A DNA stretch of 64,000 bases from a virus (lineage: Duplodnaviria; Caudoviricetes): IMG/VR virus record IMGVR_UViG_3300035498_000404, positions 38,895 to 102,894 of that record; one strand, 5' to 3'. Every line of letters starts with the position of its first letter. Position 1 is the first letter of the stretch. This document shows, in pieces, positions 10,785-21,753 of this stretch. Made by a program: the position numbers and the translations under genes. The notes beneath the pieces were generated by a model. It was not told the DNA's origin and did no database searches. It worked only from the letters and a program-made list of their open reading frames with translations.

Positions 10785-11699
10785 TTGGAGAGTATGCCTG
10801 TAATGGGGTGTCCATTTATTTTTAATGAAATACCTTCCGAGGCATATAACGCCTCTTTAGTATTTTTGGAAGAACAATATACGAAACGTCCTTCTGGTGG
10901 ACAAAAACAATTTACTACGGATAATGTCAGAGGAAATTCAAGAGCAATTCTATTAGATGTTTCTCAAACAGAACCTTTGAGTTTCGGAATTGAAATTGTG
11001 TTTGATGACCCAGTAGATATTCAAACTTTAACACAAGTTAAAAATTGGTTATGTTCTCCTTTAAAATATTGTAAACTTAGAATTTGTGCAGAGGGTTTTG
11101 AAAATTATTATTATAATTGTTATATAAACCTAGATAATGATTTAATTTATAATGGTGGCTATCGTGGAGTTACTGGTACAGTAACTTGTGATGCACCTTG
11201 GGCTTGGGAAAACGAACAAACTATTGATTTAGAAATTGGGACATCGACTGTCCCTGCTGAAAATAGATTTTTAAATTACTCTCAGGACGCAAATCCGATG
11301 AAACCGATTATTTCATTCACTGTGACAGAATCAAATTCAGATTCATTTTTGGCGATTGAAGATGTATTTGAAGATTCTAATGGGAATATTATATACGACA
11401 AGACTACAATATTTGTTTCTTCTAATGCAAAAACATATAAGCAAAAGAATGGAGAAATTGTAGAATATAGTATAACAAATAATTGTTACAATCTTGTAAG
11501 TGGTGAACAAATAACATTTAATAACCAAACGGCGTTACTGACTTCTTCTGTGAATCAACTTTTTAGAATTAATAATTTTAATAAAGTTTTTCTTAGAATC
11601 CCACAAGGAGTAAACAAACTTTATGTGTCTGGATTAAATATATCTAATTTAAAAATGACTTATACTAATGCTAAGAGATTAGGTGGTGGTTGGTATTAA
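10785..11699 (+). CDS. Distal tail (Dit)-like protein
   Basis: Directly after the TMP; motifs VTCDAPWAW and FLRIPQGVNKL typical of siphophage tail-family proteins; start may be ATG 10794. Confidence 0.7.
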   Translation: MESMPVMGCPFIFNEIPSEAYNASLVFLEEQYTKRPSGGQKQFTTDNVRGNSRAILLDVSQTEPLSFGIEIVFDDPVDIQTLTQVKNWLCSPLKYCKLRICAEGFENYYYNCYINLDNDLIYNGGYRGVTGTVTCDAPWAWENEQTIDLEIGTSTVPAENRFLNYSQDANPMKPIISFTVTESNSDSFLAIEDVFEDSNGNIIYDKTTIFVSSNAKTYKQKNGEIVEYSITNNCYNLVSGEQITFNNQTALLTSSVNQLFRINNFNKVFLRIPQGVNKLYVSGLNISNLKMTYTNAKRLGGGWY

Positions 11700-14600
11700 A
11701 CAGAACTTTGATTTCAATGGTTTATATGAAAATCCTTTATTGGAGCTTTGCAATCCAGATAAGAGACAAATTGGTATCTTAGCTAATGTGAAAAACTTAA
11801 AATTAAGTTTAAGATATAATAATATATCCGAAATGTCGTTTACTATTTATGCTAAAATAAACGATGTAGATTATCCGTATTATGATTTAGTAAGAAAGAT
11901 GCGACTAATTCATGTTGAAAATATGGGATATTTTGTTATTTCAGAAATAAATGAACATTTTGAATATGACGTCCCTTATAAGGAAGTTTCTTGTTATTCG
12001 GCAGAATACTTGTTAAATTATAAACCGATAAATATTTGTACTACAACACTAACATCTAGTTCTAACGCTGTATATAATAAAAGTTTTAAATTCTATGATA
12101 AAACCTATCCTGATGATACATTAATGTATCAATTGTTTAATGGATTTTTTGATTGGAAATTTGACGCAACAGATTTGGATGAAGACTTAATGGGGCAATA
12201 CCGTTCTTTTAGTGATACTGGTGATGGCCTATATGGATTTTTACAAAATTATGTTGCTTCCGCATATGAATGTGTATTTATTTATGATATTGAAACATTT
12301 ACTGTAAAAGCATATAAAACTTCTGAAATTGTGAATTAGACAGATATTCTTTTTACTTTTGATAATTTAATTAAAAGTGTTGACATGAAAGAATTGTCTG
12401 ATGATATTTGTACAGTATTATCTGTTTCTGGTTCTGACCAATTGCCATTGTCTTTGATTAATCCTACTGGAACAAGTAATATTTACAATTTTAATTATTA
12501 CTTACAAGACAAATACGATTCTTGGATTGGTAAAGATGTATATGCGATAGATGATAAAGGCAATACAAGACTTGATTCTAATGGAAATAAGATACTTTTA
12601 AAAGATTATGTATGTGATTGGCAGGAAAAAATAAAGACATTAATTTACAGCTCTAATGAAGAAGGCTCTTATGCGCAATTACTTTCGGACAGAGCATATT
12701 TTAATTCTCAATATAACTTATTGTATGCAAAGTATGTTGAAGCTACTACAATTTCTAATTATCTAACAGAAGCAATTTCAACATTTAAAGAAGAAGAAAA
12801 AACTGCTAAAAAAACTGGATGGGGTATGCTTCTTTTAGGTGTTGCTTTAATTGCTGGTGCTGTTGGAATTTTTGTTGCAACTGGTGGTAGTGGCGCTGAG
12901 GCTTCTGCTGCAATGGTTGAAAAAGGTACAGAAGTTTTGATTAGCTGGGGAGCTGCCGAAGGAACTGCTGCTACAATTGCATCATATATTCCTCTTGCCA
13001 TAAGTACAACTGTTAACGGACTTACTACTTCTGGTTTTATTAGTATAGGAAGCGCGCTTACTACTTATTTTCCGCAAGTACAATCTATTAAGATTACTAA
13101 AGATGAATGCCAAACTCTTCTTAATATAGCAAATGATAACGCTGCATTATTGTTTGGTAATGACAATAATGGATATGTTAAAAATCTTGATTCTACGACC
13201 GCCGCAAATGCTGTTGGCGGTTTATCAACTATCTCTATTGTAAATGAAAACAGTTTATATATTTGCGGAGATTCTTCTGGCATAGTGAACCTATCCCAAA
13301 GAAAACCAGATTTAAATTCTGAAACAAGTATCGCAAAATATTATTCCATGAGCGTACTAGCTCAAAAAATAGCTCAGATAGACGCAAAAATTGAGGAATA
13401 TGTTACAACTTATGGTTACAATTATTATTTTTCTGAATCTGAAAGAAGAATTCTTGAACCATTTTTAATTCAAAGCGAATATACGGACGAGGCATTTACT
13501 GCTACGAGTGATGTTACAATTGATGATGATACTGATTTAACTCAATACATTACAACAACTCAAGGAGTAATGACTATCCAAGAATTTTTGTATAGAGAAC
13601 AAGGATATTATTTTGATTTTTATACTGAATCAAGTACATCAACTTGGAATGCTAATCCTGTTAAATTTATTCAAGAGAATTTTAGAAATTCTGTTGGAGC
13701 AGATAGTAATAGTGAAGGAACTTATATTTTAACTTATAATGGTAAAAGTTGGGATATGACTGGTTCTTTGAAAAGTTCTGGTATGAAAATTGGTAATTCA
13801 GTTGGTATACTAGATAATTCTTCTGCCGCCAATTATAGTTTTGTTTCTGGCGATTATATTGCTATAAGACTATATAATCCAGATATAGAGATGGTTAATA
13901 CGACTACTATCGCAATGCAGCTTGCACAACAAGCATATAGCGTTATAGATACGGTTAGTCAGCCAGCATTTTCTTTTAGTATGAATACATCTAATTTTGT
14001 ATTTCAAAAAGAATTTACTCCTTGGCTAGACCAAATTGGATTTGGTAGTAAAAAAGCCAGAAATGAATATCTTGGTTTTGGTACTGTTGTTAATGTCGAA
14101 TTGGAAAACGGAGAAGTATTACAACCCTTCTTACAGGAAATTGATATTGATTACGAAGATTCGACTTCTATTGAAATGACATTTGGTAATAAATTTAATT
14201 TAGGCACTTCCGAATGGACACTTGGAGATTTGATAAGTGAAAATACTTCTACTATAAACAGAGTAACTCGTGCGCTTATTGGCACTTCTTCTTCTGGAAT
14301 GTCAACTTCTGTTTCTTCTATTTCAAGCGATACAACAAGTACGCTTCAAGCATTAAATGGTGCTACCACACAAATTGTTGCCACACAAGCCGAAATTAAT
14401 TCGCAGATTGAAAATAATGCGGAAACATTCGCTAAAGGTATGGCAAATGGTATGGCATTGTATAGCACAACAAAAGAAGAAGGAACATATTTTCATGATA
14501 ATGAGAATCTTGAAGATAGTAACACCGTATATTTATTTAATGATTTCGGACTTTCTTTTACAAAAAATTATAATCATGGAAATACAGAATGGGACACTGG

Positions 14601-15219
14601 CATTTCGGCAGACGGAAGTATGATATTACATTCTCTTACTGTAAATCAGATTACTGCCGACCAAATAAGTGCTGGGGCTATTGAAGCTGATAAAATAGCA
14701 GCCAATGCAATTACTGCCGGAAAAATTTCTACAAATGCTATATATGCGGACAATCTGAGAAAAGATGCAGTGTTTAAATTATATTGGTCTAATTCCAGTG
14801 TACGTGATTGGAGCACAACTAAAATAACAAATTCAGGTATAGACCTCAATAATTTTGATGGGTGCATTGTATTTTGTTCAGATTATTACGATGGAAAATA
14901 TATCGGTTCTAGTTCTGCAATTGGAGTTAAAGACAAAACAACTGCTGCATTCGGAAAAGATTCAAATGGGTGGTATGGTGGTGGCACTATTACACAAAGA
15001 GGATTCACAATGCGTTCTGATGGAATTTATATGGATAATGGATATTATTTTTCTCATTATGTTCATACTGTTCATTCTTTGAATTGGCACGTAACACAGG
15101 CGTTTGGTATATTTGATGTAATAGGTGATATATTAGACACCGCTGCGCATCCTACATGGCAGAAGTCATCTACTGCTTGTGTTCCACAAGCAGTTTACGT
15201 ATTTAGGATGGGGGTTTAA
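11683..15219 (+). CDS. Tail tip/hub (Tal-like) minor structural protein, 1178 aa, one in-frame TAG (12337)
   Basis: ORFs 11683..12339 and 12385..15219 share a frame and are separated only by TAG; position after Dit; C-terminal ITADKI-type repeats. Confidence 0.8.
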
Positions 15220-15222
15220 TAG

Positions 15223-15396
15223 ATGTCTGATTTTAAAAATTGGATAAAATTAGGTGAAAATGACAGAGTGTGTAGTATTTTAACTACATATAAAGATATG
15301 ACGAATTCTGGTTTTATTCAAGTAGAAGACTATCCAGAAGGAAATTATTATTATTATTTATATAAAAATGGAACGTATATATATAGTCCTAAATAA
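15223..15396 (+). CDS. Small tail-associated hypothetical protein (57 aa)
   Basis: ATG..TAA frame filling the gap, GGGGG SD-like sequence upstream. Confidence 0.55.
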   Translation: MSDFKNWIKLGENDRVCSILTTYKDMTNSGFIQVEDYPEGNYYYYLYKNGTYIYSPK

Positions 15397-15422
15397 TTTT
15401 TAAGATTGGAGTGTGCTTAATA

Positions 15423-17207
15423 ATGAATTTAGATAGTGTTCCAATTAAATATGTGTTAGATTCAAATAACACACTTCATTAGATTGATTACGAAACATTA
15501 GCAAATTTACCTAATGGGTTAAAAAATCCATATGAATTAATAATTTTTGGTACTTCTTATGATGGTTCTAAAGAAATATCAATTGAAAAACAAATTGCTT
15601 CTAATGACTTAGTGGGATTTGTAAAGCCAGTGAATGTTTCTTCTGAAATGACAACTCCCGTTGGCATAAATGAACAAGGAAGGCTATTTACGACAAGTCA
15701 AAAAGTTGATTCATTTTTGTCTAAAGATAGCACAAACTCGGTTTAGAATTCTGTGATTACTTAGAATATTTTTAAACTAGAAGATGAATTAGATAATAAA
15801 ATAAGTGAAGAGAGCTTTAATAAAGTTGTTTCTGAAACGAACAACAAAATATAGAATTTACAAAATGATTATTTAAATAAGATTAGTTCCGTATCTTAGA
15901 ATTTAGAAAATTATAAATCAGAGACAAATGAAACAATTGATTTAATACAATAGGATTCCAAAACAAAACCAATATCATTAGTTTTTGAAGATTATAATTC
16001 ATTGTCTAATTGGTTGTCTATTCAGGACAATTTGTCGAAAATTGAATCTGGCGCTACTTTTTATTTGATACAGGGGGATACAGATTACTTTTGGGACGGA
16101 AATACAATAAGAACCATTAAAGGCTCTGGCAATAGTAATTCAAATGGTTTATAGGACTATTTATCTCAAGTTAATCCAACAGGAATTGGTAGTTTTCAAA
16201 TGAACTCTTCTGGCGCTATTGGAAAATATTCTGTTTCTCTTGGATATAATTCGGTAGCTTCTGGAACTTGTTCAACTGCAATCGGTTTAGGAGTAATATC
16301 TTCTTAGAATAACCAATTTGTATGTGGAAAGTATAATATTGAAGATACTGATAACAAATATTTATTTATAGTTGGTAATGGAGCTTCTGATAATAATAAG
16401 AGCAATGCCTTTTCTGTTACTTCTGATGGAAATATAAGTTCGTACTAGGATGTTATAGCATTTTATTCTGATAAATATTATGCGAATGATACATATTGTA
16501 ATTTTACATATAATATTTCTTCATTTAATGGAACGTTAAATATGTCGTGGGATGGATTTGCTCTTGCGGTTTCCGGTGTTTCTGGTGATTATAAATTTGA
16601 ATATACTGGTGAGCATTGGTATTGTTCTTAGGTTGACTTATCATATATTGCAGATGAAACAACACAAGAAATAGGATGGTTTCCAATAAGTATAATTGGC
16701 ATTTCTTTTGTTGATGAAAATGAAGAAGAGATAAACGAAGATACCATATCTTTTTCAAAAGGAGACTATATATTTGTTCATTTTCTTGCTCTCGAAGCTA
16801 TAAGCTTGCGAGAATTGTATAATTATACTCATTTTGGATTAAGTTCTTCTACTGAAAATATTACAAAACTAGAAGAAAATGTCTCTACTTTACAAGAAAA
16901 TTCAGAAAAATATATTTCAGAAATATCTTAGGCTATAAACGATTCTGAAAAAATTAAATATAGTATTAAAAATATAAATGATATAGAATTATCAAATATC
17001 ACATTAAATTCTGTTACCAGTGAAAAAGCTGGTCTAATGTCCTCTACTGATAAAAACAATTTAGAACAATTAATAAAAGATATTGAATCCATAAAAAAAG
17101 AAATTGAATCAATCAAAGAAAGATTAGATAAGCTTGAAAATCCAGATTCAGATAAAGATACTGATTCCGGTGAAGAATCTACTGATAAATCAAATACTAA
17201 TAAATAA
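15423..17207 (+). CDS. Tail fibre/adhesin-like protein (594 aa) with 11 in-frame TAG
   Basis: Manual translation shows no TAA/TGA for 594 codons. YadA-head-like repeats (SVSLGYNSVASG) and a GKYN..IVGNG..SNAF fibre motif; GLMSSTDK motif shared with 25061..26245. Confidence 0.85.
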
Positions 17208-17227
17208 ATAACAAAGGGGCGTTCAAT

Positions 17228-17602
17228 ATGAATGAGAATTTAGATTCTATTATAGAAAAATTAAGCAATCAAATTGAAGAAATTAAAATAGATTTTCAAA
17301 ATAAAATTGAAGACATATATGATGCTTTAAATATAGTAGAAGAAGATTTAGAAAAAAGACCAGCTACATTTGTATTTGAAAATTATAAAGCTATGTGCGA
17401 ATGGTTTTCTATTGAAGAAAATGTAAGAAGTCTTGATATTGGCGCTACCGTATATTTGATTCATGGACATACAAATTACTTTTGGGACGGAGAGATTTTA
17501 AAGAGTATTAAAGACCCTGATTCATACCCATATTATCCTCCGAATTATGTATATAAAACAAAATATGATATTGAAACCATTGAAAATACTGATGAAAATT
17601 GA
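17228..17602 (+). CDS. Hypothetical tail protein, paralogous to an internal domain of 15423..17207
   Basis: FVFENY..W.SI..N...GATVYLI.G.T.YFWDG matches LVFEDY..W.SI..N...GATFYLI.G.T.YFWDG. Confidence 0.7.
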   Translation: MNENLDSIIEKLSNQIEEIKIDFQNKIEDIYDALNIVEEDLEKRPATFVFENYKAMCEWFSIEENVRSLDIGATVYLIHGHTNYFWDGEILKSIKDPDSYPYYPPNYVYKTKYDIETIENTDEN

Positions 17603-17617
17603 TTGTGGTGATTTTTA

Positions 17618-18004
17618 TTGCAGAAAGAAGCAACTTTAATTGCCGCACAACAAATCCCTAAAATGCACATTATATAGGGTGATAGCCTTATGTTTGCTAT
17701 ACAATTCATTGATGCAAACTAGACTATAATAATTCCCAGTGCGTCAGATGAAGTTCAATGGTTTTTATATCCATTTAGAGTTGATTCTGACCCAATATTA
17801 ATGTATTCTAATAAGAATAATTCTGGATATAAAAACAATATATTTGTTGCTGATAATGGAGTAATATATATTAGTATAGATTCTGAAGATACAAAGCTAT
17901 TAGATTCAGAAAAGTATATTCAAATCCCAGTTTTGAAATATAATAAAACTACATATACAAAAGCATATGGCGAAATAAATGTTATAAAAGGAGTTGGTAA
18001 TTAA
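17618..18004 (+). CDS. BppU-N-like baseplate/adaptor protein (128 aa), 2 in-frame TAG
   Basis: TTG start; QIPKMHII*GDS aligns with QIPDIEFISGDT of 19426..19773; TAG at 17675 and 17720. Confidence 0.7.
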
Positions 18005-18522
18005 TGATTAATAAAGACTTTGCGAATACAATAAATTATATCATATTTGGTTAGCAATCAGCCAGCTCTATTTATAACTATTATTATATTGGAATATGTT
18101 CTGAAAAAATAGAAAATGGAATTATTAATTCTGAAATATTTCCACAAGACGGGAAAAGAATAAGAATACCAAATAGTGCGGATTATTTTCATGTTGAATA
18201 TGATAATTCTTTAGGATGTAGCGTCGTAAAAAATGTTAATGCTATTACTTTTAATTTGAATAAATCTACTGATACCAAAATAAACTCAATATTTGTTGCA
18301 ACTTCACAAGACACCAAAGATGCTATTTTGTGGAAAAATCTATCACAAACTAAAACTGTATCAAGTGGAAATAAATTTGTTATATTAGCAAATGCACTTG
18401 AATTTATTTTAGGAGGCCAAGCTTCTTCTGGCACTTCTGGTGGAGAATTAATTGTTGATGATAATGGATATTTAAGAAGCAGTTCATTTTCGGTAACAGA
18501 CAGTGGAGAACTTGTATTGTGA
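18004..18522 (+). CDS. Tail/baseplate protein (172 aa), one in-frame TAG (18052)
   Basis: ATG overlaps the previous stop; in frame with 18256..18522; similar to 18771..19205. Confidence 0.7.
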
Positions 18523-18532
18523 CGGTGTAAAT

Positions 18533-18736
18533 ATGGATAGCAATACAAATGAATATATTATTGGATTACCAGATATTAACATTTCAAATTCAATTATTGG
18601 ATATACTAATAAGAATTATAATATGACTCCGTATAGAATTTTTATACCAGAACTTAATAGACGTGCAACAGGTGCGGCTGATTTAAATTATTATTTTGAT
18701 TTTCAGATAATTGAATCTTTATTATAGGAGAAATAA
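18533..18736 (+). CDS. Small hypothetical protein (TAG at 18725 read through to TAA)
   Basis: ORF track 18503..18727; TAA three codons after the TAG. Confidence 0.45.
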
Positions 18737-18770
18737 CGCAATAATCATTGTATGAAAGGGCGTGATGTGA

Positions 18771-19205
18771 ATGATTAGTTCTTCTCTTGCTAAACAAGTA
18801 AATCAATTGTTATTTGGTGGTAACTCACTAAGCGTTCCGGGGTATTGGTATCTTGGTCTAAGCACCTTTGAAATAGACTCTGACGGAAGAGTAATAGAAC
18901 CAGACCATGTTTCTACTGGTTATTCGCGTGTAAGAATTGCAAATACTACTGATAATTTTGAAACAGGTGTTTATTCTAATCCGACTACGAATAAGATTGT
19001 TTATTCTTAGAATAAAAATAAAATAGCGATTTCCAGTATTACAAAAGGTAGTGCGGTTACAGTTAAAGCTGTATTTATATGTTCTACTCAAACTGGGACT
19101 AATGCAGACTTTTGGATTAATTTAACAAATCCTGTTACAATTCAAGTTGGTAGTACAATGTATATAAATGCTGGCTCATTAAGATTTACTTTAGGTTCTT
19201 TGTAA
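18771..19205 (+). CDS. Tail/baseplate protein (144 aa), one in-frame TAG (19008)
   Basis: YLGLST..EP..GYSRV motif; frame continues past the TAG to TAA 19205. Confidence 0.75.
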
Positions 19206-19217
19206 TGAGGTGGATAT

Positions 19218-19412
19218 ATGAGAGATTTTGAATATACACCTAAATTTACAGAGACTAATATAGGAATTCTCGGTAGAGTTTATCGTGACGGATATTTGTA
19301 TTAGAATACAAAAGATGAACCATTTACAATAAATATCTCTACTTTATATTTAAATTCTTATGTAACTGGCGAACTTGGTATTTGTTTTGGTATGGAAGTT
19401 AGTTTTTCATAA
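19218..19412 (+). CDS. Small hypothetical protein (64 aa), one in-frame TAG (19302)
   Basis: GAGGTG SD; fills the gap up to the next SD. Confidence 0.6.
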
Positions 19413-19425
19413 GGAGGTGTAATTT

Positions 19426-19773
19426 ATGGGCAACTTCGTTTCAAAATATGTTACGCAGATTCCAGATATTGAATTCATCTCTGGTGATACAATTACCATA
19501 CCGTTTAAGTTCACAGATGCTAATGGTACTGTGATTCAAAGTTATACACTTGTATGGAAATTATGTCCATATAATGATACAAAAAATACGGTAATAACAA
19601 AAACATTAACTGTTACAGGTGGTTCTGCTAATGTTGTTTTATCTTCTGAAGATACTAAAAAATTAAAAGGAAAATATGTGCAGCAGCCTGTATTAAGATA
19701 TACAAGTGGTGGGACTACGACAGACTATATTCGTGCTTACGGATATATTAATGTTATTGATAGTATAAATTAA
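19426..19773 (+). CDS. BppU-N-like baseplate/adaptor protein
   Basis: AAGGAGG SD; FISGDT motif; beta-rich. Confidence 0.65.
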   Translation: MGNFVSKYVTQIPDIEFISGDTITIPFKFTDANGTVIQSYTLVWKLCPYNDTKNTVITKTLTVTGGSANVVLSSEDTKKLKGKYVQQPVLRYTSGGTTTDYIRAYGYINVIDSIN

Positions 19774-19808
19774 TTTGAAAATTATTGAGACCCAAAGGTG
19801 GGATTTTT

Positions 19809-20003
19809 ATGTTTAATAATGACGAATATTCTGACATATTAAAAATTATTGAAATGCTAAACAATAATACTAATGAACAATTAGATAATAAGATTAGTAA
19901 ATTTGATTTTGAGTACGCTGTTTCTATTTTAGAATTAAATAATTTAAAGCTAGAAAAGAGAATAAAAGCACTAGAATCATTGTTAGACGTAAAAAGTAAA
20001 TAA
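19809..20003 (+). CDS. Small coiled-coil hypothetical protein
   Basis: ORF 19785..20003; likely ATG at 19809. Confidence 0.5.
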   Translation: MFNNDEYSDILKIIEMLNNNTNEQLDNKISKFDFEYAVSILELNNLKLEKRIKALESLLDVKSK

Positions 20004-20453
20004 TTTAAGAAAGATAAAAACTAAGATAGATTGAAAATAATTTAAATAGTTAAACAATTAATAAATCTATTTTGGCAAAAGCATTCTATTTTTATATAAA
20101 AACAATTGCGCTCTTATTTTTAGAATTACTAAATAATAAGAGATAATGGACTCTATGAAAGCGAAACCCTATGCCCCAGCAAAAATATCAACAGCGAACC
20201 TATACCACTAAATTAGCGACATATCCCAAGTTTTAAATGGGTATTGTTTTGTCTAGGTATAACAGCTATTATTTTAAATTTTGATACAATGGAGAGCAAA
20301 TATCCTTTCAAATAAACCATATGCCAAAAATTAAGTTAATAACCGAATATTAATTTACTAACAAAACAAATTATAAAGGAATAAGATTTTATGAATACAA
20401 TTAACCTATTTAAAATGATTAAAGATATAAATAATTTAGTGGGAGGTTGCTAA

Positions 20454-21629
20454 ATGAAAACTACCAATCCAATGAATTATAATAATATCGGATTAGGATG
20501 GAATAATGGTGGGGGGGGGGGTAAAACCCTTTCGGATTGTTCCGTTGGCAGCACAGTTAAGTTAAAAATAAATGGCGTTAATACAGCATTTATTGTCATT
20601 CAACAAGGAAATCCAGATTCGGATGTATACGATGATACTTGTAATGGAACTTGGCTTTTAATGAATAACTGCATGGAAATTCGTGCTCTTGCTTCTGATG
20701 GGGAAGATACTGGATATTATCCTAGTGAAATTGATACCTATTTGAAAGAATATTATAAAAAATATTTCCCTTCTGATATTCAAAATTTCATATTGCCAGC
20801 TAGAGTTCCTTATACCACATACCAAGATGATAAAACTTCTGTTGTTTCTAAATCGGCAATGTCTTCCGATTATTATACTGGTTTATTTTTACTTAGCGGA
20901 GAAGAAGTTGGGTTTGAGTCTACTGACGATGATTATACTGCCGAAGGAGAACAACTTCCAGACGAAGGTAGTTGTCTAAGATATTTCGCAAGTGGCAATA
21001 GAAGTAATCGTAAGGCAACTTATGGCGGAGAAAATACATAGTGGTGGCTTCGTTCCAAGACTGTATCTAAAACATATCTTTTTATTGATGCTGATGGACT
21101 AAGAAATGACGAATACTCCGAAAAAGAAAAAGGTATCAGGCCAGCGATTATTTTAAATTCGGCATTAAATGTTGATAGTAATGGAAATATAAAAGTACCA
21201 GATATTAAAGAGTGGCAAAAAAATATTTTGTTGTCTGCGCATCCAATTGGAAGTTATTATTGGAGTAATAACAGTACAAATCCTATGACTCTTTTTGGTG
21301 GAATATGGGAACAAATAATTGACAAATTTGTTTATGCGGCGGGGAATAAAGCTGTTGGTGAAACAGGCGGCGAAGAGGAACACACACTTACTGTGAGCGA
21401 GATGCCGAGTCATTATCATAGTAGGGTTTACAATACGAATGGAACTCAATATATACTTACTGGAAATAGTACCGGTAGTGCAAGTAATGGAGCGATGGTG
21501 AAAAATAACACCGATAATACTTCCTCTTCATATAGAGGATATGTACAGACCAATAGTTCTGGCGGCAGCCAGCCCCATAATAATATGCCTCCATATATTG
21601 TTGCTTACTGTTGGTGTAGAGTTGCTTAA
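20454..21629 (+). CDS. Receptor-binding-like fusion (391 aa): DUF6273-like lectin domain plus gp10/collar-like C-terminus; one TAG (21039)
   Basis: LFLLSGEE..*WWLRS..GIRPAI, then HPIGSYYW..GGEEEHTLTVSEMPSH..HNNMPPY; both ORFs share a frame. Confidence 0.8.
20511..20521 (+). repeat. G11 homopolymer in the 5' end of the gene
   Basis: ggt GGGGGGGGGGG taaa in an AT-rich genome. Confidence 0.9.
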
Positions 21630-21753
21630 AAGACTTTATAATGTGAATTTTTAAAGACAGATAGATAATAAATATTGAAAAATAAATAGGGATAAACATC
21701 CCTTATTAAATATAATTTTTATAAAATAAACTATAAAGGGGTGTTTTAAAAAA

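Noticed and set aside
20004-20390. Gene in the gap before the poly-G gene
   Set aside because: No convincing frame found on either strand even with TAG read-through; possibly a remnant, not supportable.
20454-21629. Second target of this DGR
   Set aside because: Lectin-like domain, but no nucleotide similarity to the TR was seen.
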